Shown here one piece after another: positions 30,018 to 40,942 of a stretch of DNA of 64,000 nucleotides. The translations under genes and the position numbers were made by a program. Each line of letters starts with the position of its first letter. The first letter of the stretch is position 1. This DNA is from Trypanosoma brucei (taxonomy: Eukaryota). Where the stretch lies: the NCBI GenBank assembly GCA_000002445.1, contig CH464491.1, positions 3,648,001 to 3,712,000 on the forward strand, written 5' to 3'. Under the pieces are notes generated by a model. That model made no database searches, was not told the origin of the DNA, and saw only the letters and a list, made by a program, of their open reading frames with translations.

Positions 30018-31535
30018 ATGCAAACCTGTCTTTTGAGTAACATTCCTCCCTGTACCGAGGATGAACTCAAACGTGGTTTGCTTGCGTATGGCACGACTGT
30101 CAGCACAGTGGTTGTTCCTCATATGCGGCAGGCAGCCGTGACGATGCGTACTGCCCAAGAAGCGCAGGCGCTCCTTCAGAGGGGATGCATCAGTTTATTT
30201 GGTCAGACTGTAAAAGTGGAACCAGCGGCAAGTCCTGCTGTTCCATACGGTGCCGGTGGCATTTCTGCTGGCGGAATGAATAACCATTTAGGTGGTGCTC
30301 GGATTAATGTTGTGGTGGAGAAGTGTACCTATCCCGTCACAAAGGAGGTATTGTCACAAGTTTTCAGCATGGTGGCTCCTCCTGCCAACGTCGTGTGCGG
30401 CCCATCAGGCCCCACAACAAATGGGTGGGTTGATTACAACGATATCGCTACTGCCCAGCGAGTTGTGGTACAATTGAATAATAACTCAATCTATCCCGAC
30501 TGTTGCTTCATGACACTAACGCTCGAGCATATGGGGAGCACGCCCCGCGGGATGGGGGAGTATGGCTCACAGGGTCACATGCCTTATCATCCTCAGCAAC
30601 CACAACACCAGAATATTCACCAAAACCAGCAAATGTCCCAACAGCAGTTGCAGGCAATGCCTTTTGGTAACAATGGCTTTAATGCGGCGTCAGCTCGTGG
30701 TGGCCGCGGAATTCGTGGGCGAGCCCGAGGGCGCGGGGCGATGGGTGGTCGGGGTGGACCGGTTTACGGCTCGGGATACCCCATGCAGCATGCGCCGTAC
30801 GCACCAGGGCAATATGGAGCACCTCCTGTGGATTCTGTAGTGATTGTCAACAGTGTCCCTGAAACAGTGGCGTTGCACAGTTTATGGGTTTTGCTTGAGG
30901 TTTACGGCAATGTTAACTCCCTTAAGCGACAATTCAGCTCCAAGACATCCGTGATTGCACACTTCCAAAATGTGCACGATGCCCGCCTTGCCGTGCAGCA
31001 CCTTCAGGGTTGTCCGTTCCACGGTGCCACGTTGACGTTAAGGCACTTTGCAGGTTATGTGGAACGCGGTGGGAAAACTGAGTGGAACAGCGGCCCGGCA
31101 ACGGATCCTGCAACACAGGCAGTGCTCTTCTCCTGTGGGTATCACCACCGTACACGACCAACAGCTTCTTTCAATCCCACAGGACGCGTCCGACCGGGGA
31201 GGTATTTGTTTGTCTCAAACCTTACGGAGGCCATTACAGACGATGACCTAAAGGATGTCTTCACCAACGAGTGTTTTGAGTTGGATGGGTATTACCGAAA
31301 GAGCCCCACTGTCGCAATCGTTAGTCTCAAAGATGTGGAGACTGCCGTGAACGCCCTCATCGCCGTGCATTCTCATCAACTTAAGGAGCGCTTCCTCCGC
31401 GTCACGTTTTCTCACTTCCCCCCGGCTCCACGCAGTGGCACTGAGGAGGAAGTAGAACAAGCACTGGCGGCTACAGAGGCGGAGGCAGCTGAAGTGAGGG
31501 AAGATGTGGAACCACAGGACGAACAGAATGAGTGA
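30018..31535 (+). CDS. DRBD4: PTB-like RRM protein resembling polypyrimidine-tract-binding protein 2 (DRBD4-like)
   Basis: 505 aa. Multiple PTB-type RRMs: LLSNIPPCTEDELKRGLLAYGTTVSTVVV, INVVVEKCTYPVTKEVLSQVFSMVAPP, NSVPETVALHSLWVLLEVYGNVNSL, and YLFVSNLTEAITDDDLKDVFTNE...VAIVSLKDVETAVNALIAVHSHQL. There is a Gln-rich/RGG linker and an acidic C-terminus. The symbol is assigned from recollection of the T. brucei PTB2 size (~55 kDa) and architecture; moderate certainty. Confidence 0.8.
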   Translation: MQTCLLSNIPPCTEDELKRGLLAYGTTVSTVVVPHMRQAAVTMRTAQEAQALLQRGCISLFGQTVKVEPAASPAVPYGAGGISAGGMNNHLGGARINVVVEKCTYPVTKEVLSQVFSMVAPPANVVCGPSGPTTNGWVDYNDIATAQRVVVQLNNNSIYPDCCFMTLTLEHMGSTPRGMGEYGSQGHMPYHPQQPQHQNIHQNQQMSQQQLQAMPFGNNGFNAASARGGRGIRGRARGRGAMGGRGGPVYGSGYPMQHAPYAPGQYGAPPVDSVVIVNSVPETVALHSLWVLLEVYGNVNSLKRQFSSKTSVIAHFQNVHDARLAVQHLQGCPFHGATLTLRHFAGYVERGGKTEWNSGPATDPATQAVLFSCGYHHRTRPTASFNPTGRVRPGRYLFVSNLTEAITDDDLKDVFTNECFELDGYYRKSPTVAIVSLKDVETAVNALIAVHSHQLKERFLRVTFSHFPPAPRSGTEEEVEQALAATEAEAAEVREDVEPQDEQNE

Positions 31536-33109
31536 GATGACTTTTGTGGTGTCGATACTTTTCCCCTTTCTGTTTCTTCTTCTATGTTCTTGTTTTCCCC
31601 CGAGGAGGGGATTTGATTCGTTTCCGGCTGCTTCCCTTCCCTTCCGTTTTGTTTTACTTGCATCTCTGTCTCTGTATGGTTAGCGTTTGGAGAGATGGTT
31701 ATTACAACCCCCCCTTTTTTTTTGGCACACTCCCGTTAGTTTTTTCCCCTCTCATATGTATGACTGCGGTTACATATATTTTTGTAGTTGCGCAGGAAAT
31801 CTGAGGGATCACTACCGTATTTCAGGAGGAGCGTGCTGTGACAGCGGGTCTGTTGTCTCGACCTTTTAACACACTCAAAGGGGTGACAGTACGTGGCAGC
31901 GGACACATCGTTGCTGTTGCGCACCTGACATGTATCCCCCAGGAGTGCAATAAGTGTGTCTTCTTAACATATATATTTTTTCTTTTTCATATGTTGACGA
32001 TAACTGCTTACTACCGTTCTGTTGCCGCGTGACGGAGGGGGAACCACAGGCCTTTTTCCTTTCGTTTTCGTCTTTCCTCTTCATCTGCGTTTTTCCCTCT
32101 TTTTCTTTCTGTCTGTGCGCGCGTATGAGGCCGCGGTGATTGACCTTCTCACCCCTGCATGCGAAGTTCCTTTTTTTTTTTTCATGGAGGCAAATCTGCG
32201 TACCTTTAATCATTGCCATTATTGTTTTCCTTTGCTTCTCTTTTTGGTACCTTCTTCGCACGAGTGATACTAGCGTTTATATTCATATATATATGAATAT
32301 TTTATTCTAACCTCGAAATCCCCTGATGGTGAGAAGGCTAGAGGACATCATGAACTGACGGTAATTTCCTCAGAATAGGGTCTGTAAAAGTCTTGCAAGA
32401 TCAATCATACCCATAAGTTTCAACCGATCTGCTATTTTTCTCAACATCATTGCATGGTGGCGTTTGTGTTTTTGCTTCATTTGCCGGTCATCCACTGGCT
32501 GCCGTGGCGTTAGTAAACCATGAGAATGATGTTTATGGTATTTAATTTGATTTGGACTGGAGAGTTTGTTCCTCAATCAATGGACCAGACGTTAAGGTTA
32601 TGGCACTGAAGTGGAGGCTAATAATTCCGCCACTTAGTACAATGTTAACCACATATGAGTGTGTGTGGCGTATTATTTTCTCGTACATTTTTGTTGTAGA
32701 TGCGACTCAATGATGCCTTGCGTGGGGCCCCGCACTGGTTTGAGGAGAAAAGTAAACACAAGAGAAGGTGCATTTGTGATAGCAGTTTTTTTTTGTTTAA
32801 ACGGTTGGGCGGCTCCACACGCTGTCTTTTGGGATTCATTAGTATGACTCATAATAAAGAGATGCAGAATGTGAATATTTATGTGTCCTTACTAAGGCGC
32901 CGTCGCCAACGGGAGTCCCTAACCGAAATCAGTACAAACTGTATGCGTTGTTATTACGGTTGCGTTGCCTGTAATATTTGTATTATTGTGTTAGGTCATT
33001 TCTGTCCCATTCTGCCGTTCTTATAACCAGCGTACAGTTACTTGTTGGGGTACTTTATATATATATATAATATAGGTCAATAAGTGTATAAATATAGACA
33101 AAGATACAA

Positions 33110-34420
33110 ATGGATGTGTGGGATGCCTCTCTTCCCGGTGCTGGAGCGCGAAGGGCCACGACTATTTTGCAAGTCTATATGAGAATGGGAAACTATAGCC
33201 CGCTTTCCATTCTTGTTGCCGATTCCCTTTGCCTAACTTTTAAATCAGATGGTGCAACAGTGGCTGAACTGGGTGCTTATTTGGGACTTACACAAGATCG
33301 TGTGGAGATCGGCATTAACGGAATGCCAAGGGAGGTGTACTGCACGTCACTTGAGTTTTCCCATGGGGATGAATACGGTGAAAACGAACAGCAGCGGAAA
33401 GATGGAGCAGAAAAGGAATGGGAAGGTACGAGCGGCATCCGGAAAGAGACGCAAGACACCGATGAGGGTGGGGGGATGCGTTACTATATAAATTATGCGA
33501 CGTTTCTCCCATTCGCATACGCCCATGGTTCCCACATGTTGCTAGCTCTCTGCCAGCTACCACTGCCGAAACGCGTGGAAGGTACTGTAAATAGCGGTGA
33601 GCTCAGTAACATAAGCATATCGCCTAATCTCCGCCGTGTGGATTGCCGAAGTGGACTGTGTTGTGTAAATTGCCGGTATTGGATGGGACTTTGGGACCTT
33701 CGCTCAACGATAGTTAAATGCCCATTGTGTCAAGCAGACATACTCGATGGTATTCTTCGTGATATCAGGTCTCGTTACAACAACAAACTTGCTGATGGTC
33801 GGCAGCTGCTGGTTTTTGGTCCCGTGCAACAGCGGCAACCGTGCCCGCAGCAGCGTTCAGGTGAGTCCGCCGAAAACACGAAGGGAAACGCACCGAAAGT
33901 GGGTAGTGATGATACTACAAATTATCCACTCGCACGTGATCCGTTTCTAGTCCAGCAGGCTCTCTTCTTCAAGTTTCTTTACTTGCATCCATTTGTTTGC
34001 GTTAATGTTGGTTCTTTCGCTGTGGATGCTGACGAGGTGATGACTAGGGAAGAGTATGCGCATCGTTCAAAGCACAAGGCAACCGTGCTTGACCAATTCC
34101 GTTTGGTTCACCGGAATCCGTCGGCCATCCGTGTACATTTGGTTGATCAAGTGAAGGTAGACGAGGAAAAATACGCACAGGCTGCAAAAAGGCTGGCGAA
34201 ACGTGTTCAACTTCCTCCGTGGTTGCAATCTGCCGACTTGTCCTCCAGTGCCACCGTTCTCAAGTCACTTTTGGCGCTGCGGCGTACTGAGGAAAGGACA
34301 GGTGGTTCTAAAAGGACTAGAAGGGATCGGGACGTCACTTCCATCGCTTCATACGTTGCAAGGGAGTTTTTCGATGATGACTTCGTGGAAATCCCGCTCC
34401 GCAGGGAATTCTCTATCTGA
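33110..34420 (+). CDS. Hypothetical protein with a Cys-rich putative zinc-binding motif
   Basis: 436-aa ORF. C-x4-CC-x2-C-x14-C-x2-C cluster (DCRSGLCCVNCRYWMGLWDLRSTIVKCPLC). Acidic patch EKEWEGTSGIRKETQDTDEGG. No family assigned. Confidence 0.6.
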   Translation: MDVWDASLPGAGARRATTILQVYMRMGNYSPLSILVADSLCLTFKSDGATVAELGAYLGLTQDRVEIGINGMPREVYCTSLEFSHGDEYGENEQQRKDGAEKEWEGTSGIRKETQDTDEGGGMRYYINYATFLPFAYAHGSHMLLALCQLPLPKRVEGTVNSGELSNISISPNLRRVDCRSGLCCVNCRYWMGLWDLRSTIVKCPLCQADILDGILRDIRSRYNNKLADGRQLLVFGPVQQRQPCPQQRSGESAENTKGNAPKVGSDDTTNYPLARDPFLVQQALFFKFLYLHPFVCVNVGSFAVDADEVMTREEYAHRSKHKATVLDQFRLVHRNPSAIRVHLVDQVKVDEEKYAQAAKRLAKRVQLPPWLQSADLSSSATVLKSLLALRRTEERTGGSKRTRRDRDVTSIASYVAREFFDDDFVEIPLRREFSI

Positions 34421-35171
34421 CACGCTGTTGGTGTTTGTGACATTTCCCTTTCTTGCGCTGACAGTGCTGCATTATTATCGGTAGCGGAAACTGAGTTGAG
34501 AGGTTTCAACCACTTTATTGGCTTCAGTAACCAAATAACAGGCATGTTTGCCACCTTTTTTTTCTCTTCCACCACATTGTTGATCCAACTCCAAAGTTTT
34601 GTGGTGCCGGTGAGCTTCGGCGGGGGCCTCTTGTCGTGTTTTTACATATGGACCCTCACACGCAGTGGAGTGGTGGTGATCCGAACGGAATTCCATTGCG
34701 TTGAAGAATTTGTGAGAGCCGTGTGCCCAGTGGGTTTGACGTTGAAACGATGGAGCAACGAGGACTGGAACCTCGTGAAGTGAATGACCGATATAATGGA
34801 GTGTGCCAACCCTGTTGTGTCATTCTTAAATGCATCAAAACATTGTCTTATGTTCTCGACTGTTCGTGTGCTCAATTTGGGCATGTGGTTGCGTGTCGTT
34901 CATATTAATGAGTGGATAAGAAAAATTGCGTTTCCCCATTTCCTTATTATTATTATGCTCACTCACCTCGCACCCTCTTCCACTTACTGTAACTGAGGCA
35001 TAAAACTCACTCGTTATTTAGTTACATTTCATCCTTTCCTTTCTCTTTCTTTTTTTTGTCGGCCATTCAACCAACTGATTGGACTTCATCTACCGTGTTA
35101 CTGTGACCCTTTTGTAGAGGAAACGAGAGAAAGGAGGAGCACTGCTGGCGTTTACCGTTTAAAGAGGAACC

Positions 35172-36662
35172 ATGAGTACCATGGAGAACACCATTCTGAA
35201 AGCCCTTGTGGGAAGCGAGGTCATTAAATCTGATGTATTGGCTCAGGAACTGGGAGTTGATCACCAGGTGGTCGTTGGTGCCATTAAGTCGCTGGAAGCA
35301 GGTGGTTATGTAACGAGTGAAATAGAGAAGAGACCCACGTGGAAATTAACCGCCGAAGCAATTAAAATTTGTGAGGAGGGAAGCCCCGAGTTCCAACTTT
35401 GGGAACTACTCGCGGCAGGGGAGATGCCTCAGGATGCCGTCGCAGGGAAACTAGGCCGAGATGTCACGGCTGTTGCACTGTCAAATGGTATGAAGACAAA
35501 AACGTTCGTGTTGAGGAAAGAAGATGGAAAGGTAATTATCAACCGCTCTCCAAGCGTGTCATCCTTCCGGGATACAACACGTCTTGTTCTTTCCGACGCA
35601 GCCCGCAACCAACACATTGATCCCAAAGATGGTGACATGCTCAAGAAGCGCAAACTGGCAACACTTGAAGATATAAAAGTGTTTAGTGTTAGACGTGGGC
35701 CCAGTTTCGCTCCAGAGGTTCGTGGAAAGGCCGCCGGGGACCTTACGAAGGAGATGCTACTGGACGGTTCGTGGCGGACGACAGAGTTTAAGGCATATAA
35801 CCTGGCTGCTGCTGGCCGTGAGGTGAGTTGTGGGCAGCTTCATCCTTTACTGAAAGTACGACAGGAATTTCGGGAGATTTTTATGGAGATGGGCTTCCAG
35901 GAGATGGAGACGGACCACTGGGTGGAGTCCTCCTTCTGGAATTTCGACTCTCTCTTCATCCCGCAGAACCATCCTGCCCGTGACATGCAGGATACCTTCT
36001 TCATTTCAAAACCCGCCACAAGCGAACTAAAGCAGCAGGACGTTGTGGAGAACGTGCGGAAGATGCACGAAAAGAACTTTAAGTACACATGGAAGGAGTC
36101 AGAAGCACGACGTAATGTATTGCGTACCCACACAACGAGTTGTTCAGCTTTCTGGTTGCATCACTTGGCGCGCAACTCACCACTTCTACCAGATGGCCGG
36201 CGCGCATTCCGACCAGGGAGGTATTACAGCATTGACCGTGTCTTCCGCAATGAGGAAATGGATCGTACGCACCTGTGTGAGTTTCACCAGATTGAAGGAT
36301 GCGTTATTGATCGCAATATTTCTCTCGCCAACATGATGCACACCTTTGAACTGTTTTTCCGTCGGATAGGTGTGGAGCGCCTACGTTTCAAACCAGTGTT
36401 TAATCCCTACACGGAACCGTCCATGGAAATATTTGGTTGGCACACGCAGCTGAAACGTTGGATCGAGGTTGGAAACAGTGGATTGTTTCGCCCAGAGATG
36501 TTAGTGCCGCTCGGTTTCGACGAAGATGTTACTGTTATGGCGTGGGGGCTTTCACTGGAGCGGCCCACAATGATTAAATACGGCCTCTCAAGTATTCATG
36601 AACTTTTTGGACATAAGGTGGATTTGCGTTTCATCAGGAACTCAAAGCTAATGCGTTTTTAG
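35172..36662 (+). CDS. Phenylalanyl-tRNA synthetase alpha subunit (cytosolic)
   Basis: Class II aaRS core: ...HPARDMQDTFF..., motif 2 FRNEEMDRTHLCEFHQIEG, and motif 3 GWGLSLERPTMIKYGL. The N-terminal winged-helix-like region and the length (496 aa) are typical of eukaryotic PheRS alpha. Confidence 0.9.
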   Translation: MSTMENTILKALVGSEVIKSDVLAQELGVDHQVVVGAIKSLEAGGYVTSEIEKRPTWKLTAEAIKICEEGSPEFQLWELLAAGEMPQDAVAGKLGRDVTAVALSNGMKTKTFVLRKEDGKVIINRSPSVSSFRDTTRLVLSDAARNQHIDPKDGDMLKKRKLATLEDIKVFSVRRGPSFAPEVRGKAAGDLTKEMLLDGSWRTTEFKAYNLAAAGREVSCGQLHPLLKVRQEFREIFMEMGFQEMETDHWVESSFWNFDSLFIPQNHPARDMQDTFFISKPATSELKQQDVVENVRKMHEKNFKYTWKESEARRNVLRTHTTSCSAFWLHHLARNSPLLPDGRRAFRPGRYYSIDRVFRNEEMDRTHLCEFHQIEGCVIDRNISLANMMHTFELFFRRIGVERLRFKPVFNPYTEPSMEIFGWHTQLKRWIEVGNSGLFRPEMLVPLGFDEDVTVMAWGLSLERPTMIKYGLSSIHELFGHKVDLRFIRNSKLMRF

Positions 36663-37396
36663 GTGCAGTACAAGATGTGGAGCATATTGAGGAGGAGAAG
36701 GAGGAAGCGAGGGAGGCGAAAAATGAGTTAAATATGAACAGATGACTACCAGGGGTGGTGTGGAAAGGAAAGAACAAAGGAGGGTGAATATTTGTTGACT
36801 GAATTGGGGAAGAAGTGTGCGATGGGGAACCGGAAGGTGATTGAAGGTTTTATATATTAAAAAAAAAACTCCAAAGGAAAGGTGCTACATGGGCATTTAA
36901 AGTTTTTTTTTTGAGGAGGTGGGAATGCACGAGCAGGGTGATACTTAGAGTGTGGGGCAAATCGATAGAGTAGTGACGGGTCCGATGTGAACGCATCTAA
37001 GGGACAGCACGAGGAAACCAGAATAGCTCGTGTTTTAGTTTGATCAATATGGATGATCGCACGTGACCTGAAAAGGTAAAGAACCCTTATTGACTTGGTG
37101 GCCCATATTATACACGAGGTACGTCGCAGTTTTCTTTCATGTTTGTTGATTCTACTGCGCTTCTCCCAGCTACTCATCAACTTCTTCATAAGGCGGCAAG
37201 TCATTTTGCTTTCTCTTCTCTCTTCGTTACGGTCTTCTTCTGTGCTCATCTGGTTCATCATCCGTCCTCACTCACGGCCAATTTTTCTTTGTTTTTAACG
37301 TTTTAATGGTGTCTGCTGTACTGACGGCGTGCCGTACGGTTCACTTCCCGGATCTCGTTTGTCCGTTTCGAACCATCTGTTGTGCCCCCTGAATTC

Positions 37397-37416
37397 TGTG
37401 TGTGTGTGTGTGTGTG
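37397..37416 (+). repeat. (TG)10 microsatellite in the leader region of RPL18a
   Basis: Seen directly. Confidence 0.95.
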
Positions 37417-37512
37417 TTTTCTTTCGGCATCAACCTTCAATGCCTTTCTTTCATTCCTTCACTTTACAAAATTTGGGACCTTCCCGAAGCATTGGAGTGA
37501 GGAAGTACAAAA

Positions 37513-38052
37513 ATGGTGAGACCGCACCTTCGTCACTACTGCGTGGTTGGGCGCGAGACGCCCTCGGAGAAGAATCCTCAACCCACCGTATACAAATTTG
37601 AGGTTTTCGCACCGAACTTTGTCGTGGCAAAGAGCCGCTTCTGGCGCATGATGCGTGAGAAAAACAAGGTGAAGTCGACTCATGGCGACGTTCTTTCCTG
37701 TAAGGTGGTGAAGGATCGCAAGCTGGCGGCCCGCAACTACAGCGTGGACATTGCATATTACAGCCAACGTTGCGGCTATACGCACATGGTGAAGGAGTTT
37801 CGTGACGTATGCAAGGCTGGGGCTGTAAGTCAGGCTTATAATGACCTCGCCTCTCGCCATCGCGCGCGGTATCACAACATTGAAGTGCTTGGCGTAAAGA
37901 GCATCCCGAACCACGAAGTACGCCGCCTGAACGTGGCACAGTTCCACCCACACAACCTGTCGTTCCCGCTCCTGCAGCGCCGTGTGAAGGCACCACGCAA
38001 GGACCGTGTCATATTTGTGAAGAAGAACTCGAAGCGGGCAGTGGTTGCATAA
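37513..38052 (+). CDS. RPL18A: 60S ribosomal protein L18a (eL20)
   Basis: MVRPHLRHYCVVGRETPSEKNPQPTVYKFEVFAPNFVVAKSRFWRMMREKNKVKSTHGDVLSCKVV matches the characteristic eL20 N-terminus ('HxYxxxGRxxP...xxxxVFAxNxVxAKSRFWYF(L/M)'). 179 aa. Confidence 0.9.
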   Translation: MVRPHLRHYCVVGRETPSEKNPQPTVYKFEVFAPNFVVAKSRFWRMMREKNKVKSTHGDVLSCKVVKDRKLAARNYSVDIAYYSQRCGYTHMVKEFRDVCKAGAVSQAYNDLASRHRARYHNIEVLGVKSIPNHEVRRLNVAQFHPHNLSFPLLQRRVKAPRKDRVIFVKKNSKRAVVA

Positions 38053-39080
38053 AGCTGCTATGCGATTGCACACGCTCAGGAATGCTTGTGTCATTTACTT
38101 GTTACTTCTTTCACCTCATTTCCCATGTCATTTTTGTGTTTTTCTGTTTGATTTGACACTCTAACCACAGGTGGAAGGTCGTGCGACCGAATAATTTCCC
38201 CCTTCTTTAATTCCCTTCTGTACGTATAGTGTGCACTTCTGCGGTGACCATTTGAGGAACTTTTCTCTTCCCTTTTTCTTTTTCTCCTACACCCGCTTCT
38301 TTAGTATTAGTAGCACCACATCCGTTTATTTGCTTATTGTCTTACAAATCCCTCCCTTTATCCCCTGCCCCACGTGAGTGTACTCATTCTTAACTTTAGT
38401 TACGCGTTACACCGGGGTTGAAAGAAAGAGTGTTTTCAGTAAAGGAAGGGAGTAACGTCGAGTGGGGAGGTCCCATTGTAACTGATTTTTGGTAGTATAC
38501 GTCGCCGTTTGATTAGGAGGACAACAACTACACAAATAACAAGAAATTAACTGTCGTGGGTCAAATCAACCTTCAGAAAAAAGTTTTCCCCCCCCCCAAA
38601 TTAAACTGTCGGTTCACTTTGACCGTACCCTTTAACTTCAAGTGAGTCGGGTAGGAGGGTTTATTTTCTCGAAACACCCCTCTTAGCGGGGTATTGGACT
38701 GAAATAAAGGGAGGAAAAAAAAACCGAAACTCAAATCAAGAAGGAAATAAAGAAACAAGAAAGAAAAAGGGAAATATCAAGGAGAAAATAACGGGGAATA
38801 AGCTAAAGGTGTTGGTGAAACTAGCGCAATAATATATAATAGGTATAAAATATCTAAATATATTTAATTTTACCTTTATTGCTTGCGCACACTACGTAAA
38901 AAAAAATAAATAAATAGTGAAGTAAACTAAGGAGCAGTGAAGAACAAAACAAAGCAAAAAAGGGATATATCAAAAACAGCGCGGTTTTGTGGTAGATCTC
39001 AGTGCGTTTTCTCACCCCTTTCACAGGTGCGACGCTATACCGGGAGGCTTCTAGCCGTATCTGTGGGTTTTACCCCTTTG

Positions 39081-40235
39081 ATGAAACGGTCGGTGTCGAA
39101 GGTATGGCTCAATGAGGATACTCCAAATGATCCGTACCCGCTTTATGCGCCTTCTCCTTTGCCTCCGAAGCGGCCGGGGACTATTCGCGTTTGGGTAGAC
39201 GGCTGCTTTGATATGCTGCACTTCGGGCATGCCAATGCACTGCGGCAGGCGCGGTCGATGGGTGATGAACTATTTGTTGGTTGCCATACTGATGAAGAGA
39301 TTATTCGGCATAAGGGGCCTCCGAGTATGCGGCAGGAAGAACGATATGAGGCGTTGCGTGCCTGCAAGTGGGTAGACGCTGTCATCGAGGGATATCCATA
39401 CGTCACGCGTGTGGAGGACATGAAGAGGTTTGAAGTGGATTTTGTTGTTCACGGTGATGACATTTCGGTGGACCTTAATGGTCGCAACTCATACCAAGCG
39501 ATTATAGACGCTGGGATGTTTAAAGCTGTGAGGCGGACGGAGTGTATCTCCACCACAGATCTCGTTGGCCGCATGCTGCTTTGCGTGCCGAGTGAGCTGC
39601 TGAGCGATGCAGATAAGAAACTACTTGACAGTGAGGTCGCTAGAAAGCGGGGTCCGCACTATCTGACAACCTCGAGGAAGATAGCGCAGTTCAGTAACAA
39701 ACTAGCGCCACCCGTTGGTGCAACAGTTGTGTATGTGGATGGCGCCTTTGATCTTTTCCATGCAGGGCACATTCGCTTCCTCCAGAAAGCGCGCGCTCTG
39801 GGTGATTACCTTATTGTTGGTATCCACGATGACCAACTGGTTCGTGAGTCGAAGGGAGAGCATTTCCCAATCATGAGTCTCAACGAGCGGGCGTTGGGCG
39901 TACTTTCGTGTAGGTACGTGGATGATGTTGTATTTGGTGCCCCGAGGGGTGTAACTCAAGAAATGATCAAGATACTCGATATCAAAATTGTCGCATGCGG
40001 TACGAGTTCAGAAACACGCAACTGCAAGGGAGCATTTGATGTTTACGAGGTTCCCAAGAGCCTCAATCTATTTAAGGTTGTGGAATCGGGAAGTGATTTG
40101 TCCACAGATATGATTGTTGAACGTGTCGTAAAGAATCACGTGGTTCTTCTGGAACGTCAGTTTTTGAAACACATGAAAGACTCCGAAGCGGAGCTACGAA
40201 AGCCAGATGTGTACAGAAATGTCAGAGAGGTGTGA
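39081..40235 (+). CDS. ECT: Ethanolamine-phosphate cytidylyltransferase (CTP:phosphoethanolamine cytidylyltransferase)
   Basis: Two tandem cytidylyltransferase folds, each with an HxGH motif (CFDMLHFGHANALRQA and AFDLFHAGHIRFLQKA). The RTECISTTDLVGRM motif lies between them. The ORF track starts at 38937, but its first 48 codons are purine-rich leader-like sequence. The ATG at 39081 (MKRSVSKVW...) is proposed as the start (inference). Confidence 0.88.
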   Translation: MKRSVSKVWLNEDTPNDPYPLYAPSPLPPKRPGTIRVWVDGCFDMLHFGHANALRQARSMGDELFVGCHTDEEIIRHKGPPSMRQEERYEALRACKWVDAVIEGYPYVTRVEDMKRFEVDFVVHGDDISVDLNGRNSYQAIIDAGMFKAVRRTECISTTDLVGRMLLCVPSELLSDADKKLLDSEVARKRGPHYLTTSRKIAQFSNKLAPPVGATVVYVDGAFDLFHAGHIRFLQKARALGDYLIVGIHDDQLVRESKGEHFPIMSLNERALGVLSCRYVDDVVFGAPRGVTQEMIKILDIKIVACGTSSETRNCKGAFDVYEVPKSLNLFKVVESGSDLSTDMIVERVVKNHVVLLERQFLKHMKDSEAELRKPDVYRNVREV

Positions 40236-40884
40236 ACTTTTATCCTTCGTGAGGAATTTGGCGGTTTGGTTGTGGGCCATTACGGGAGAGAAAGGGTAAT
40301 GCCGGTCTTGCAAAATAGTAGTCCCTTCCTCAAACCAAAACAGATGGAGGGAGGTGCTGTAGGAAGGGGGGAGAATGCTTTTTGTTCGCATCTTACGAAT
40401 TTGTTCATTCTCTACTTATCCATGCAAAGCTTCTCCTTCTTTTTTGATGGGGAAATTCTTACTCGTCCCGGCCTTTCCCTCCCTTTTTGTTTGTGATCAT
40501 GCACAGTCACACAACGGAAGAAACTAAAAGGGATGGATGGAAAAATGGGTGTGACAAAAAGTTGCGTTTGTCCTATACCTTGTTATGGCGGGTTGAAAAG
40601 TTGAGGATGCGTTGTACTAACGTTTTGTTTCACCATTTTCCTTGCCACTCGTTAAAAATGTCTTAACCGCCTGCGATCTTGTCGGTTCTCCGTGGTAGGG
40701 CCCGCGGAAATATTTTCCCGGGCGTTTCACCTTTTTTTTTCACCTGTTTGTTTTCAAAAGAAAAAAAACCACTTTGTTGGTTGTTTACTTTTCTTTTGTA
40801 CTGTGTTTTAACATGCTATCCTTTTTAATACCTCTTCCCGCCGTGCCTCCTATTCTGTTGTTAGTGGCACTTTTATTGTCATTG

Positions 40885-40905
40885 TTATTATTATTATTAT
40901 TATTA
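40885..40905 (+). repeat. (TTA)7 microsatellite
   Basis: Seen directly. Confidence 0.95.
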
Positions 40906-40942
40906 CTTCTAACTAGTTGTTCTGTTCTGCTTCCTGTATTTA

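Noticed and set aside
37459-38094. 211-aa minus-strand ORF (and 37451-37996) overlapping RPL18a
   Set aside because: The + strand frame has unmistakable eL20 homology. The antisense frame is an open reading frame by chance in GC-balanced sequence.
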